Shown: positions 42,834 through 53,966 of the stretch, piece after piece
How the letters are laid out: every line of letters starts with the position of its first letter
Position numbering within the stretch: the stretch's first letter is position 1
DNA from: Williopsis jadinii
Taxonomy: Eukaryota
Assembly: GCA_024346625.1 (NCBI GenBank)
Contig: AP024666.1
Span: forward strand, 868,001 to 932,000
Direction of reading: 5' to 3'
Length of the DNA stretch: 64,000 bases
Notes under the pieces: model-generated
The model's database searches: none
Seen by the model: the letters and a program-made list of their open reading frames with translations, nothing else
Told to the model about the DNA's origin: nothing
Program-made: the position numbers and the translations under genes

Positions 42834-44939
42834 ATGTCGACGTATGCGTTTGAAGACTACGATGCGTTCCTGGCATCGTTTGGAGCTGGGCGGTTGGGCG
42901 AGCACCCGCAGCAGCAACAACAACAGCAGCAGTCACACAGCGGCTCTCTGTCCACGGTTTTGACGGGCACCGATGACGATGACGTTCTCTTCAACAGCAT
43001 GTACGCGGACTACCAGGATCAGCAACCGCAAGCTCACACGCTGTTATCACCAGATTATACCACATCGGCATCGAGCTCGCCAAACGAGTTTTCACAGCTG
43101 CCAATCGACGGCTCCAACTTTGCTGATTTCAACTTTGCCAATGGCAACTTTGCCGTTGATGGCGGTGCCAACAACGTGTCACACGGGAAGAACAGCATGG
43201 CCAGCGATTTCAACATTGAGGCCAACGTTAAACAAGAGGAGAGCATGTCGTCACAAAGCAGCTCAACTGGTTCACCACTTGATTGCCATATCACTGCGAA
43301 CAGTAACAACACGACAAGCCAGAGCTCCAGAATCAAACTGGCTGATGCAGTTCCACGTGGAGGGTCGATCTCCAAGCGTGGAGCCAAGAAGGAGAAGTCT
43401 TCACATAACATGATTGAGAAGCGTTATAGAACAAACATCAACGATAAGATCAAAGCTTTGAGAGACTCTGTTCCTGCTTTGAGGGTTCTGGTTGATAGCG
43501 GTGATGATGACTTTGACGACTTGGAAGGTTTGCAACCTGCAAAGAAGTTGAACAAGGCCACCATCTTGTCAAAGGCCACGGAGTACATTAAACATTTGGA
43601 GTCAAAGAATGAAGTTTTGAAGAAACAGAACGACGAGTTGAAGGCTAAATTATATGGGTATGGACAGATGACCCCCGGAAGCTCAGTATCGTCAGTATCT
43701 ACAGACGGTCAAGATGGAATGTCTCTTGGTAATAAGGTACTCCTGGGAGGTATGGCATGTATGGTGGGTGCTGGCTTAACCGACGACTTTGGTGCCATGG
43801 ACACCAAATCGCTATTTGCTTTACCGGTGCTTGGATATGACACTACTGGATTGCAATTGTTGAGTAAACCTTTAATGGTTTTGTTGAAGGCATCCTTTGT
43901 CTTTACGGTATTACTGTATTTTGTTTTACCTTCGTTCTTTCAAAAGAAGGATAGAAAACAAACAGCTCCGTTTGCAACCATTGTTGATGACGTTAGAGGA
44001 TTGAAGACACGCTCCATACTATCGACATTTTCCTTAACAACTGATTCCAACATTGATTACGTCAAGAGTGCTATATTCAGATGCTTACTGTTAAAAGTTC
44101 GCTACACAAAGTCCAACTCTATGACGTTGAGTGCTGTTAACGCGTATGTCAGTCATCTTTGGGCCTATTTGAAAGACGTTAAGATCGAGAAGTCCAGCAA
44201 GGACTACGAGAGCGTAAAGACCATCCTTTCATTGGATGCTTCAGAGACTATCGATAATAAGAATTTGCTTTCGAAAATCTCCAAGTATTGTTTGACAAAC
44301 AACGTTGAATGTGAGAACGATTTCTCGGTGTGTTACATTCTCTCCCATATGATAAACGAAAAGACAACCAACTCATTCTTGAGAAAGTTCATGGTTGAGA
44401 CCCTCACCACGGAGAAGTCTATTCCAGAGATTGAACAAGAACTTATACCACACATTGATGAACAAAATTTAGAACTCTTGACTTTGTTCCATCCAACAGA
44501 AGCAAACATTCTGAACTATAAAACCATGCTTGAATCTGCAAGTGTATCTTCTTTAAAATCAGATGACATCTTGGTTCTCATATCAGGTATTACCCAAAAC
44601 TTGATCTTTGAGAAGAAGGATTATGCAAGTGCCAGAAGATGGTTCACAAGGGTTGAAGCACTTCAGCATGCAGATTATGGTTTACTGGGATTCACTGCGT
44701 TGTACATGACGGTGCTCAGCATAATAAGCACCGAGGAGACCTATCTACATGACAAGAATGTCATTTTGAAGATTGAGGAGATATCTGCCGTGCTTCGGAT
44801 ATGGCTTGGTAACTCGAATGGCTCAGTCCTCAATTTCAAAAAGAGATCTCAGCTAATTGACTTCTTCGTGAAGATGAGTTTGAGAATCAACGGCTTGGAT
44901 GGCGATAGTGATGATTCCATGACGCTGGTTTCATTCTGA
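42834..44939 (+). CDS. SREBP-like bHLH transcription factor (Cph2/Hms1 family) with TM segments
   Basis: 'SSHNMIEKRYRTNINDKI' has the SREBP-type Tyr; 'KLNKATILSKATEYIKHL'; hydrophobic segments follow the bHLH. Adjacent to EXO1 like HMS1. Confidence 0.9.
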   Translation: MSTYAFEDYDAFLASFGAGRLGEHPQQQQQQQQSHSGSLSTVLTGTDDDDVLFNSMYADYQDQQPQAHTLLSPDYTTSASSSPNEFSQLPIDGSNFADFNFANGNFAVDGGANNVSHGKNSMASDFNIEANVKQEESMSSQSSSTGSPLDCHITANSNNTTSQSSRIKLADAVPRGGSISKRGAKKEKSSHNMIEKRYRTNINDKIKALRDSVPALRVLVDSGDDDFDDLEGLQPAKKLNKATILSKATEYIKHLESKNEVLKKQNDELKAKLYGYGQMTPGSSVSSVSTDGQDGMSLGNKVLLGGMACMVGAGLTDDFGAMDTKSLFALPVLGYDTTGLQLLSKPLMVLLKASFVFTVLLYFVLPSFFQKKDRKQTAPFATIVDDVRGLKTRSILSTFSLTTDSNIDYVKSAIFRCLLLKVRYTKSNSMTLSAVNAYVSHLWAYLKDVKIEKSSKDYESVKTILSLDASETIDNKNLLSKISKYCLTNNVECENDFSVCYILSHMINEKTTNSFLRKFMVETLTTEKSIPEIEQELIPHIDEQNLELLTLFHPTEANILNYKTMLESASVSSLKSDDILVLISGITQNLIFEKKDYASARRWFTRVEALQHADYGLLGFTALYMTVLSIISTEETYLHDKNVILKIEEISAVLRIWLGNSNGSVLNFKKRSQLIDFFVKMSLRINGLDGDSDDSMTLVSF

Positions 44940-45325
44940 AACCCGTTTTAGTTCAATCACACAATAATTTATTTCCCCACTTTAAAAGATATTTGAGATG
45001 TATAGTTTTGTTTGCACATTATGGTTGTTTTATGAGATTGATTTCACTAGTTTTAATCCAGTTACATGCTTTTACAAATGAATAGTTGGTTACGTAGTCA
45101 AGTACCCATATAGCTTATTCTACAATTTGTCTATGGCCGTCCCATGCCAAAGTGCGAGAGCATATCACGGCTTAAAACCTGAACAAACGGACTAATAGTT
45201 CATTAGGATTCGGCCATCGCATTACGCAAGGATCAATTGGTTTTAGAAGTCCCAACCAAGTCCATAGTCAAGCCTGTTGCACTGGTGCACTTAGAGATGA
45301 AGCTCAACAGGCATGCTCTACCTAA

Positions 45326-45403
45326 TGTGACTGCTTTGTTGTTTGTATATGTGTCACGAACCGTTTTAGACGACGCACAAAAGTTGATGAAATGTTTGGA
45401 TGT
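45326..45403. promoter_or_regulatory. Ribosomal-protein promoter motifs: Homol-D, GACGCA and Rap1-like site
   Basis: TGTGACTG at 45326-45333, GACGCA at 45372-45377, ACATCCAAACATT on the minus strand at 45391-45403. Confidence 0.6.
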
Positions 45404-45528
45404 TTTGCAAGTATCATGTGCTTCCCTTACCGAAAAGTTTTGTAGGAAAAGCGGTGAAAAAACAGTGAAAACCCCCAGTTTGGTTTCAGTTAGAAGATAC
45501 ACCAGGTACTACAATACTCATAACCACA

Positions 45529-46262
45529 ATGTCTAACGTTTCTAAGTATGTACGAATGTTGAACGGTTGAGGTCTCAGTCAACGGATTGGTTATTGGAGA
45601 GTTTGATAGGGAGAGTCCGTGTTGCAGAGTCCGTCCTAAAGCTTTCGTCAGTCCTAGCGAACAAGGATGAAGGTGCGCTGAAGTAAAAAAGTGGTATTAT
45701 GACGTTCCCCTGTCATTGGAACCCTATAAAAGCTCTCAAGAGTCCTTGTTGGAGATCTGGGATGCTAGAAAGCCCCCAAGAACTGGGATTACAAACGCTG
45801 AATATCTTATAAATTGACTTTGACTGATCCTTCTCGATTTTCCTTCAGCGCAATATACTAATACCACTCTACAGCGATTTGATCTGGGCTCTTACTTCCC
45901 AACAATCCACCTTCTTGGTTAAGCGTGCCGCTGTCACTTTGTCCAGAGACCCATTGAACGTTTCTGGTAAGAACACCAAGACCTCTTCTGGTTTGGCCAA
46001 CGACAAGGCCATTGGTATCTCCCAAGAGGCTGGTAGAATCGTTGTCAGATCCAAGGTTGTTAAGAACGCCAACAAGCCATCTAAGAGCGTTGCTACCACC
46101 TCATTCAAGCAATACAAGTCTGCTAGAAAGACTGCTTTGGCTGTCTCTAACTTGGCCAAGGGCTACAGAGATGACTTGAGAGCTGTTGCCGTCAAGAGAG
46201 CTTCCCAGTACTCTAGATCAAACAAGACCAAGAAGACTTACGCTCCAACTGTTAGAAACTAA
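45529..46262 (+). CDS. 60S ribosomal protein eL28 (L28e family; two exons, 134 aa)
   Basis: Exon 1 45529-45545 (ATGTCTAACGTTTCTAA); intron 45546-45874 (GTATGT, TACTAAT, CAG); exon 2 45875-46262. Product MSNVSNDLIWALT...FLVKR...SRDPLNVSG...SGLAN...YRDDLR with ribosomal-type codon bias. Confidence 0.92.
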
Positions 46263-46450
46263 GGTGTCTAATTCATGAATTTGTCATTTCTGTATATCTT
46301 TTGTTCTGCTTGCAAGTAATTGTAGTTGTTAAAATTCCTCAGCGTGGCGCTTGTAGATTTTCATAAGTGCATCCAGGTTTTAGAGTGTAGCGGAAAGGAT
46401 TGTGGAACAACAACAAAGAAGGACGGCTTGCCAACAACATCAGAAGCCCA

Positions 46451-47787
46451 ATGCCGCCGTGAGTAATTCTCCATACAAACAGTCACAGTTCACGTAATAA
46501 CACGATGTGGTCTCAAGAAAGAAAGACCGCTTTGCTAATGGGTTTTTATACCCCAAGACGACTGGACTTAAGTACAAGTTCGGTGCTCATGTTGGTGCCA
46601 GCGGTGGTTAGTATCTCCTTATACTGTGGGTGTAGAACTGTGGAAGATTAACCAGCTGGGAACTTATAGGTGTGTCTAATGCAGTGTTGAATGCTAGAAA
46701 CATAGGGTATGTTACAACTCACACAACTCTCACTGTATGGTATCTTTGCCATACTAACCATATAACCATTTACAGGGCAAACTCATTTGCTCTGTTCCTC
46801 AAGTCCCCAAGAAAGTGGGATTCACCACCGATCAGTAAGAGTGAAGCTTCTGAGTTCAAGAGACTGTGTGAAGTGCATGGATATGATCCAAAGACGTGAG
46901 TGGAGAAGCAAATTGTATCTGAAGATTGAGGCTTGAACGACGGCTACTAATACTCGACATATAACAGTGATGTCTTACCTCATGGTTCATATTTTATCAA
47001 TTTGGCCAATCCTGACGAAGAGAAAGAGGCTAAGGCATACAATGGGTTTCTAGACGATCTACACAGATGTGAGGAGCTGGGTATCGGATTGTTCAACTTC
47101 CACCCAGGATCTAGTTTAGATGGTGATCACAACGAAGCGATCCATCGTTTGGCTAAAAATATCAACAGAGCGATTTCCGAGACCTCGACTGTGAAGATTG
47201 TCATTGAGAATATGGCAGGACATGGTAATCTTCTTGGATCGACTCTGGAGGATCTGAGAGATGTCATTGAACTCATCGATGAAAAGGACCGAGTCGGAGT
47301 TTGCTTAGATACCTGTCATACTTTTGCAGCTGGCTACGACATCCGTACTGAAGATGGATTCGATGCGTTTATTAAGAGCTTTGACGAGATTGTTGGGGCT
47401 CAGTATCTGTCAGCTTTCCATATAAATGATAGTAAGGTTGACCTGGGCGCAAATCGAGATCTTCATCAAAGACTGGGATGGGGATACCTTGGATTGGAGG
47501 TGTTCAGAGTGATTGCGAACCATCCAAGAACTCAGGATATACCTTTAATATTGGAAACACCATCAGGCGAAGATCCCTCCATATGGGGCGATGAAATCAA
47601 ATTGCTCGAATGGATGACTGGAAGGGAACCTGAGGACCCTGAGATTCTAACCAAGGCTGACACTGAAACGAAGAAGGGAATGAAAGAGAGGATTGTAGCT
47701 AAGCCATCATCCAAAGCAAAGTCCAAGAAGCGAGCATCGAAGGATGACACCACTCAGAGCAAACTGAAGATGACCAAGAGGAAATGA
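46451..47787 (+). CDS. APN1: Apurinic/apyrimidinic endonuclease (endonuclease IV family), five exons, 357 aa
   Basis: Exons 46451-46458, 46518-46606, 46670-46706, 46776-46895, 46968-47787 join in frame: MPPKK...KYKFGAHV...FLKSPRKW...DVLPHGSYFINLANP...FHPG...CLDTCHTFAAGYD...ILETP. Exon 1 and intron 1 are the least certain. Confidence 0.92.
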
Positions 47788-49056
47788 CCTATTCAGTCGT
47801 GATTGCTGAAAAACCAAGCGATGTGTGTCAGCCCATGTTCGGTGCCCTGTGTCCATGTCTCTTGGACACCTTTCAATCCCTTACAGAGTTAGTGGTCATA
47901 TATCTGATGTGTATCAAACCAAAATTACAGCGTCAAGGTTACACTGCTAGAAAGCAGCTGTACACGAACTTTAACGTCTTCCACATTTCTCAAACAAGGG
48001 CGTCATTTCATACATGTGTTCTTTAGAGAGGCTCACTACTGTATTCGTCTCATACTAGTGAAGATTCCTTGATATGACTCCTGGCAATCTCCTATTGCGT
48101 GGCACCCCAAGTACGACATGTATACTTACTGTAGGTGGTGATAATTAGCCTTCAGTGGGTCTTGGCTTCTGACCATGGTACACCCTCCAGTATCAGCAAC
48201 CTCCCTTCAATTCTTTGGCAGCGTGTATCACGAAGAGTTCCAATTGGGAAGCAGCTTCGTAATCATATCAAACCGTCTACAAACGCCTAATGAGGACGCC
48301 ATCCAGCAGCAACTCATGTGCATCTGCCAATGTATATGGTGTGCACTGTGCGCGTATAGTTGACAAGCACCAGGGCCAATCTCACGAAGGATGTCCTATT
48401 TCTTCAGCTCTCGTCTAGACCAAGTCACCTTGTATGGACCCAATATGGATTAGCCTTCCAAGCTTATGTCAACACTAGACAAGACCTGATTGCTGCCATA
48501 CATACCAGTGCACCTGAACAGATATCGGGATTAAGAGATTGTGAGCCTGTGATTATACAAACAATGTGTTGTTACGAGCGATGAATTAGTGTGAAAATGG
48601 TTTAGGCATTGAGAGAGAGTCGAACTTGCAATTCAACCTTGTCTACGACTCACTAGCAGCCGTCTAGTGGCTTCTATTCCTCCTCCGTACAAGCCTCATC
48701 TCAGAGGTGTAGGCACAGTTGAACGCTTTAGCTGAAGATGTTCAGGTGTTCCTCATCGACGCGGAGTACTGTGTGTGTGCTCTGAAAACGTAAACAAAGA
48801 CCACAACTGGGCATATAATCGGGGTGTCAAATGCCCAGAGAATGCATGAGGAGTAGAGAATGTGCCCTCATATACGCTTTAAGCGAGAAGCAACTAGGTT
48901 TGAAGGGTGGTGTTGGCTCTGAATGGTTGTTCTTTGTGGAATTTCAGCATTCTACAGCGCCATAGGCTCCACATGGGCTATAAGAGACACTGAGAGACCC
49001 CCTTTTGGAGTCTGATAATGGCGCTATGGTTGTTCGAGCCATAGAAGTAAAGACTC

Positions 49057-52029
49057 ATGAGACTGTCCATTCGCTTAACAGCTATCGTCGCGTACTTCAC
49101 TGTTGCGGCTCTTGGAGCCGCTTCACCAGAGGCGTACGCAGACGCCGAAGCCATTGCAGCGGCTCTACCATGGGCTAATGCTAACCCTTATGCGGCTGCT
49201 GCTGCCAAAGCGTACGCTAATTCATACGCTGAAGCGTTGTCGATCGGTCATCCTGATCCTGAGGCCTATGCCATGGCAGCTTCTGCTGACCAGTGTGCCG
49301 ACATTGGATGCCACGCCAACTGTGGCTTGATGATTATTGAGGGCCAGAGGTGCTCTTTGAACACCACCACGGCTTTCTGGGGACCTCACAACACGACGTG
49401 CTTATGTGAGCCAGGGTCTCCATTCTTGAACTACTACCCTGGATGCATGAACTGTGGATGGACCTTGTGGAAGTACTACGGAGCGTATGTGACAGACGCG
49501 CTGCGTGCATGTTCCACGCTGAGTACCGAACCTACGGGAACATCCAGATGCTCTACAACGCTGACAGACGAATACACACCTGACTGGGGTATTGATCCGT
49601 GTATCTACACTGGTGGATGTACTACCAGCAGCAGCAGCAGCAGTAGTAGTATCTCGTTGAGAAACACCTTAACAGATACGACATACACTGCTGAGACGTT
49701 TACTGTGACTACTGACATGTCCTATCATTACCAGTTTACTCCAGCTGATAGTATTAGGATTTGTAGTGATGAGCATACAACAGTTACTATCGATGATCAG
49801 TTTCAGTTCACGTCTACCTTTTGGAATGAGCAGATGACAGATCCTATCAGCGGAAATGTGACACACAAGACATATGGATTCATCAACTTCACACAAGACT
49901 ATGACGACATCACAGATATCCAGCTGTGGTATAGTCCTTCACCAACAAGCCCAGAAGGAGTGATAATTCCGGACTCTTATATGTACACCAATTTGAGACA
50001 AGGTATTTTTGTTATGATTGTGTCAGAGTATGATATACCGCTACTGTTTGGTAAGCAGTTCTTAATCGTCAAAGGTGGTACACGTTATTTGACTGGAGGA
50101 TCTTGTTCTGAAGCAGTCTTTAACTCAATGGAAATCGTACCAGAATATGACTTCTGTGAGGGGGCTGGTTCTGGAAGTTCGAGAGGGCCATGTTTTATAG
50201 AACAGAACCCAGCTGATTTCGTCTACGAATTTAGGCCGTTTGGAGATAATCCTGGTGAAGAATCAACGAGTGAGCTATTATCATCGAGTGAATCTTCATC
50301 AGAGATTGAGTCGTTATCATCGAGTGAATCTTCATCATCGAGTGAGTCGTCACCAGAGACCGAATCTTCATCAGAGATTGAACCGTCATCAGAAATTGAA
50401 TCTTCATCAGAGATTGAACCGTCATCAGAGAGCCAACCTTCATCAGAGAGTGAGCCTTCTTCCATCCAATCTAGTGCTACAGACACTACGATAGAGGAAA
50501 GCTCTCAAGATACCACGAGCGTTGAGGACTCTACCAGTGATCTTCAATCTACGACATCATCATCTGAAGCACAAAGCACTAGTGAAGAGTCGGCGACAGA
50601 TGACGAGACCACGCCTGAACCTTCTGCGCAGCTGAGCTTCACTGGTGAAGCTCTCTCTGGGAATACCGCCTCAGAGTGGACGATAGTGGTGCCAGGAACT
50701 TTGGGACCATGGTCGAGCATTGATTTCGCTATCACCAAGGGTGAAGTCAATAACACCTTTGATTATTCCGATGCAGAGGTTACTGTTAACGGTGAAGTGT
50801 CGACGTTGGCCACAACAAGCGTTGCGCCTGATGCGATCTTGATCTCGCTTGTACAGAACATTAGTGAAGAGGACACAGTTGGCGTGAGATTTGGAGCAGA
50901 GCTGCGCGGCGGTAGCTCGTGGACAGCCAATGCCCGTATCGTGATCAATACGATTGAAGATATGGGGCTGTTGAAGAGGGAGGAGATTGTGTATGAGCTG
51001 TCGTCGACTATTACAGGTGATGAGGAAGGTGATGAGGAAGGTGATGAGGAAGGTGTTGAGGAAGGTGTTGAGGAAGGTGTTGAGGAAGGTGATGGCGAAG
51101 AAGAGAGCTACGAAGAGGTGGAACAAGAAGAAAGCAGCGCTGGTGATGTGAATGTTACTAGTGAGCTTTCGGGCAATATCACAATCTCATCCTCGAGTGA
51201 CGAAGTGAAATCTTCCCTAGATGTCACCGACAGCGCACTGATCACCAGCACCAAGTCCACTGAGGGAGAAGTCAGCACCACTGTCATCACTGTGACTTCT
51301 TGTGATCATGACTATGTGTGCCATGAATCAGTTGTTACAACTGGAGTGACTGTTGTTGTGACGACATCTGAGGGAGTTGTGACGAGCTACACGACATATT
51401 GTCCAATTGAATCGTATGTTACGAAGACAGTGTCGGCAGATAGCACGACTGTTGTGACGATTACCTCTTGTAAGGAAGACGTATGTTCTGAGAAGACGGT
51501 GACCACTGGTGTTGCTATTGTCACAAAAGACAAGGATGGAAAGAAGACAACGGAGACAAACTACGTGGCATTGGAGACTGTGGTTACTGAGACGATTATC
51601 GAAGATCATGCGACAAAGCTCAAGAGCGACACAACAAGACGCGGTGATGGTGCTACTGTTGAGAGCAAGGTTGTTGAGAGCAAGGTTGTTGAGAGCAAGG
51701 TTGTTGAGAGCAAGGTTGTTGAGAGCAAGGTTGTTGAGACGAAGGTTGTTGAGACGAAGGTTGAAGGTAGCCAAACGATTGTCACCACACGTACTGTGAC
51801 CAGCACTTTGGCGGAGGCTTCTGATGAGACCTATATCGAGAAAGATACTGTCGACAAGAAAAGTGACGTTGTTACTGGTTACACTGATGAGCATTACACT
51901 GTTGAGACATCTGTTGGTACAGGTGAAGCCATATCTACTCAGGCTGTGATCTCTACATTTGACGGTAGTGCCATGAGGGTGGTAGGATCTGCTTTAGCAG
52001 CAGTTCTCGCGGGTATTCTCTTCTGTTGA
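49057..52029 (+). CDS. GPI-anchored cell-wall protein/adhesin with N-terminal 10-Cys domain and flocculin-type repeats
   Basis: Signal peptide, X-A/X-P pro-region, Cys-rich domain and Ser/Glu repeats. Two 'TV(I/V)T(V/I)TSC..C..TTGV' flocculin-type repeats and GPI signal '[25 protein letters not shown]'. Confidence 0.9.
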   Translation: MRLSIRLTAIVAYFTVAALGAASPEAYADAEAIAAALPWANANPYAAAAAKAYANSYAEALSIGHPDPEAYAMAASADQCADIGCHANCGLMIIEGQRCSLNTTTAFWGPHNTTCLCEPGSPFLNYYPGCMNCGWTLWKYYGAYVTDALRACSTLSTEPTGTSRCSTTLTDEYTPDWGIDPCIYTGGCTTSSSSSSSSISLRNTLTDTTYTAETFTVTTDMSYHYQFTPADSIRICSDEHTTVTIDDQFQFTSTFWNEQMTDPISGNVTHKTYGFINFTQDYDDITDIQLWYSPSPTSPEGVIIPDSYMYTNLRQGIFVMIVSEYDIPLLFGKQFLIVKGGTRYLTGGSCSEAVFNSMEIVPEYDFCEGAGSGSSRGPCFIEQNPADFVYEFRPFGDNPGEESTSELLSSSESSSEIESLSSSESSSSSESSPETESSSEIEPSSEIESSSEIEPSSESQPSSESEPSSIQSSATDTTIEESSQDTTSVEDSTSDLQSTTSSSEAQSTSEESATDDETTPEPSAQLSFTGEALSGNTASEWTIVVPGTLGPWSSIDFAITKGEVNNTFDYSDAEVTVNGEVSTLATTSVAPDAILISLVQNISEEDTVGVRFGAELRGGSSWTANARIVINTIEDMGLLKREEIVYELSSTITGDEEGDEEGDEEGVEEGVEEGVEEGDGEEESYEEVEQEESSAGDVNVTSELSGNITISSSSDEVKSSLDVTDSALITSTKSTEGEVSTTVITVTSCDHDYVCHESVVTTGVTVVVTTSEGVVTSYTTYCPIESYVTKTVSADSTTVVTITSCKEDVCSEKTVTTGVAIVTKDKDGKKTTETNYVALETVVTETIIEDHATKLKSDTTRRGDGATVESKVVESKVVESKVVESKVVESKVVETKVVETKVEGSQTIVTTRTVTSTLAEASDETYIEKDTVDKKSDVVTGYTDEHYTVETSVGTGEAISTQAVISTFDGSAMRVVGSALAAVLAGILFC
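50278..50462 (+). repeat. Coding 18-bp-period minisatellite (SSEIE(S/P)-type units)
   Basis: Repeated 'tcatcagagattgaa' / 'tcatcgagtgaatct' units. Confidence 0.85.
51016..51093 (+). repeat. Coding 12-bp repeat (G[DV]EE)
   Basis: ggtg(a/t)tgaggaa, about 6 copies. Confidence 0.85.
51658..51764 (+). repeat. Coding 15-bp repeat (VE[ST]KV)
   Basis: gttgagagcaaggtt / gttgagacgaaggtt, about 7 copies. Confidence 0.9.
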
Positions 52030-52298
52030 ACTATGGTACTGGTTTTAATCCATGCGCTTGTGGAGGCTTGAAATACCAATGTTATCTTTTTGTTGTGATG
52101 CTGTTTTTGTTTTGTAATTTACAGTTGATCACTTGAAGGAGAAGTAGCAATCCGTATCTTAATTTGAAGTAGGCAAGCTAAGCTTTACAAGTCAGTCAAA
52201 TCGAATGTAAAAAAGTAATCATTTTAGTAGTCGTAGTACATATAAATTCTATTGAAAACACCTCATGCCCGGTCGTGTCGAGAAAACGTTAGAGTATC

Positions 52299-53387
52299 TT
52301 AAGCAGAAGCCAACTCATCGATGACGGCTTGAGTGAACTCCTTGGTAGATGCTGGACCACCAATGTCTCTTGTTGTCTTCTTACCGTCGGCAATAACCTT
52401 GTAGACGGCGTTTGAAATTCTGTCAGCGGAGGAGTCCAAGCCCAAATGTCTCAACATCAAGACAGATGACAAGATCATACCAGTTGGGTTAGCGACGCCC
52501 TTACCGGCGATCTCCAAACCAACGTGTCTTGAACCTGGCTCAAAGACGGCGTACTCACGCCCGTAGTTAGCACCTGGAACAAGACCTGGGCCACCAACAA
52601 GAGCAGTACCAATGTTGGACAGGATAGCACCGTACAAGTTTGGAGTGACAAGCACGTCAAATTGCTGTGGGTTTGACACAGCTTGCATAGAGGCATTATC
52701 AACAATAATGTCTTTAACTTCAATGCCTGGGTATTGCTCTGCACCGACGTCCTTGACAGTCTTTCTGAAGAGACCATCGGCCAATTTCATAATGTTTGCC
52801 TTGTGAACAGCGGTAACGGTTTGTCTGTTGTTCTTCTTAGCGAAATCAAAGGCAAACTTGGCAATTCTCTCACTCTTGACTTGAGTGATGATCTTCAATG
52901 ACTCAACAACACCTGGGACGGATTCGTGCTCCAAACCAGAATATTCACCTTCAGTGTTCTCTCTGATGAGGACGAGATCGATACCATCCATTCTAGTCTT
53001 CACACCTGGGATGTTCTTGATCAAAGTCAAGGAGGCGTAGATGTCCAACTCCTTTCTGAAGGCAACGTTCAAGGAACCGTGACCAGATTGAGACACATCG
53101 GTCTTCCAGATACCCTTCAAACCAACCTTGTTTCTCTTGAGGGACTCAACAGCCTCCTTGACACCTTCCTTGGACTTCTCAGAGTTTGTCACGTTGACCG
53201 TTTCCCAGTCAACTGGAATTCTCTCAGCTTTGAAGATCTCAACAACAGAATCAGTGATCTCCTTACCGATACCATCACCAGGCAAAAGAGTAACGGTGTA
53301 ACGTCCGCCATACTTCTTTGGCAAAAGGGCCTCGGAAACTGTGGCCAATGATCTCTTAGATTGGGACTTAACTTGTGTTCTGAGCAT
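52299..53387 (-). CDS. IDH1: NAD-dependent isocitrate dehydrogenase subunit 1
   Basis: 'LPKKYGGRYTVTLLPGDGIGKEI', 'RENTEGEYSGLEHESVPGVVESLK', 'AVFEPGSRHVG'. Confidence 0.97.
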   Translation of the reverse strand: MLRTQVKSQSKRSLATVSEALLPKKYGGRYTVTLLPGDGIGKEITDSVVEIFKAERIPVDWETVNVTNSEKSKEGVKEAVESLKRNKVGLKGIWKTDVSQSGHGSLNVAFRKELDIYASLTLIKNIPGVKTRMDGIDLVLIRENTEGEYSGLEHESVPGVVESLKIITQVKSERIAKFAFDFAKKNNRQTVTAVHKANIMKLADGLFRKTVKDVGAEQYPGIEVKDIIVDNASMQAVSNPQQFDVLVTPNLYGAILSNIGTALVGGPGLVPGANYGREYAVFEPGSRHVGLEIAGKGVANPTGMILSSVLMLRHLGLDSSADRISNAVYKVIADGKKTTRDIGGPASTKEFTQAVIDELASA

Positions 53388-53686
53388 GCTGATATGTCTC
53401 TATGTGAGAGCTGGGTGTGTGATTGTGTGTGAGCTTACAACCAAACGAAAGGGATATGAAACTAAAGGTAAAAAGTTATGAATTTGTACTTGTATATTAA
53501 ATCCCTTTTTACCCTACAAAGCTGTCCAAAGCCGTAGGGGGGCACAGAGTGGGAGGGCCATAGCGAGAAAGATCGGAACCGAAAGTTGGTGTTTTTCCGA
53601 ATTCGGTTTTCAGGAAAAATTCCTCACCAAAAGGGAAAAAAACGGCGCACACGTTTTGCCCGTGCGAGGAGGGCTTTGGAGCTAGT

Positions 53687-53752
53687 GGTGTTTGGGTGTA
53701 TGGTAGGGTTCGAGGTGTCTGGATGTATCGTGGGAATGGGGTGTCTGGGTGT
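53687..53752 (-). promoter_or_regulatory. Three regularly spaced Rap1-like sites upstream of IDH1
   Basis: On the minus strand: ACACCCAAACACC (53687-53699), ACATCCAGACACC (53714-53726), ACACCCAGACACC (53740-53752). Confidence 0.65.
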
Positions 53753-53966
53753 TCGGCTGATTTGAAATTTGACAACCAAACGTGCGTGTTCCCTGCGTCA
53801 GTGATGCAGGTGGAGGATAATTTTAGTTCAACTTTGTTTACTCTGAGATTTGATGCGATGAAACAGTTCCCAGGGGTAACTACAGTAATTTCACAGTTAT
53901 AACATTGTTGAGTCAAGAAGTATTCAACTGGAGAGCATCATCTCTCGAAAGCACTCTGAGTTTCCA

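Noticed and set aside
47784..48584. Short ORFs between APN1 and the adhesin
   Set aside because: No motifs or coding-like bias; probably spurious.
48603..48696. tRNA-like stretch on the minus strand (GTTCGACTC, CACTAG/CTAGTG hairpin, complementary ends)
   Set aside because: The T-stem is mismatched, there is no U33 in the loop and no D-arm. It cannot be called without tRNAscan-SE.
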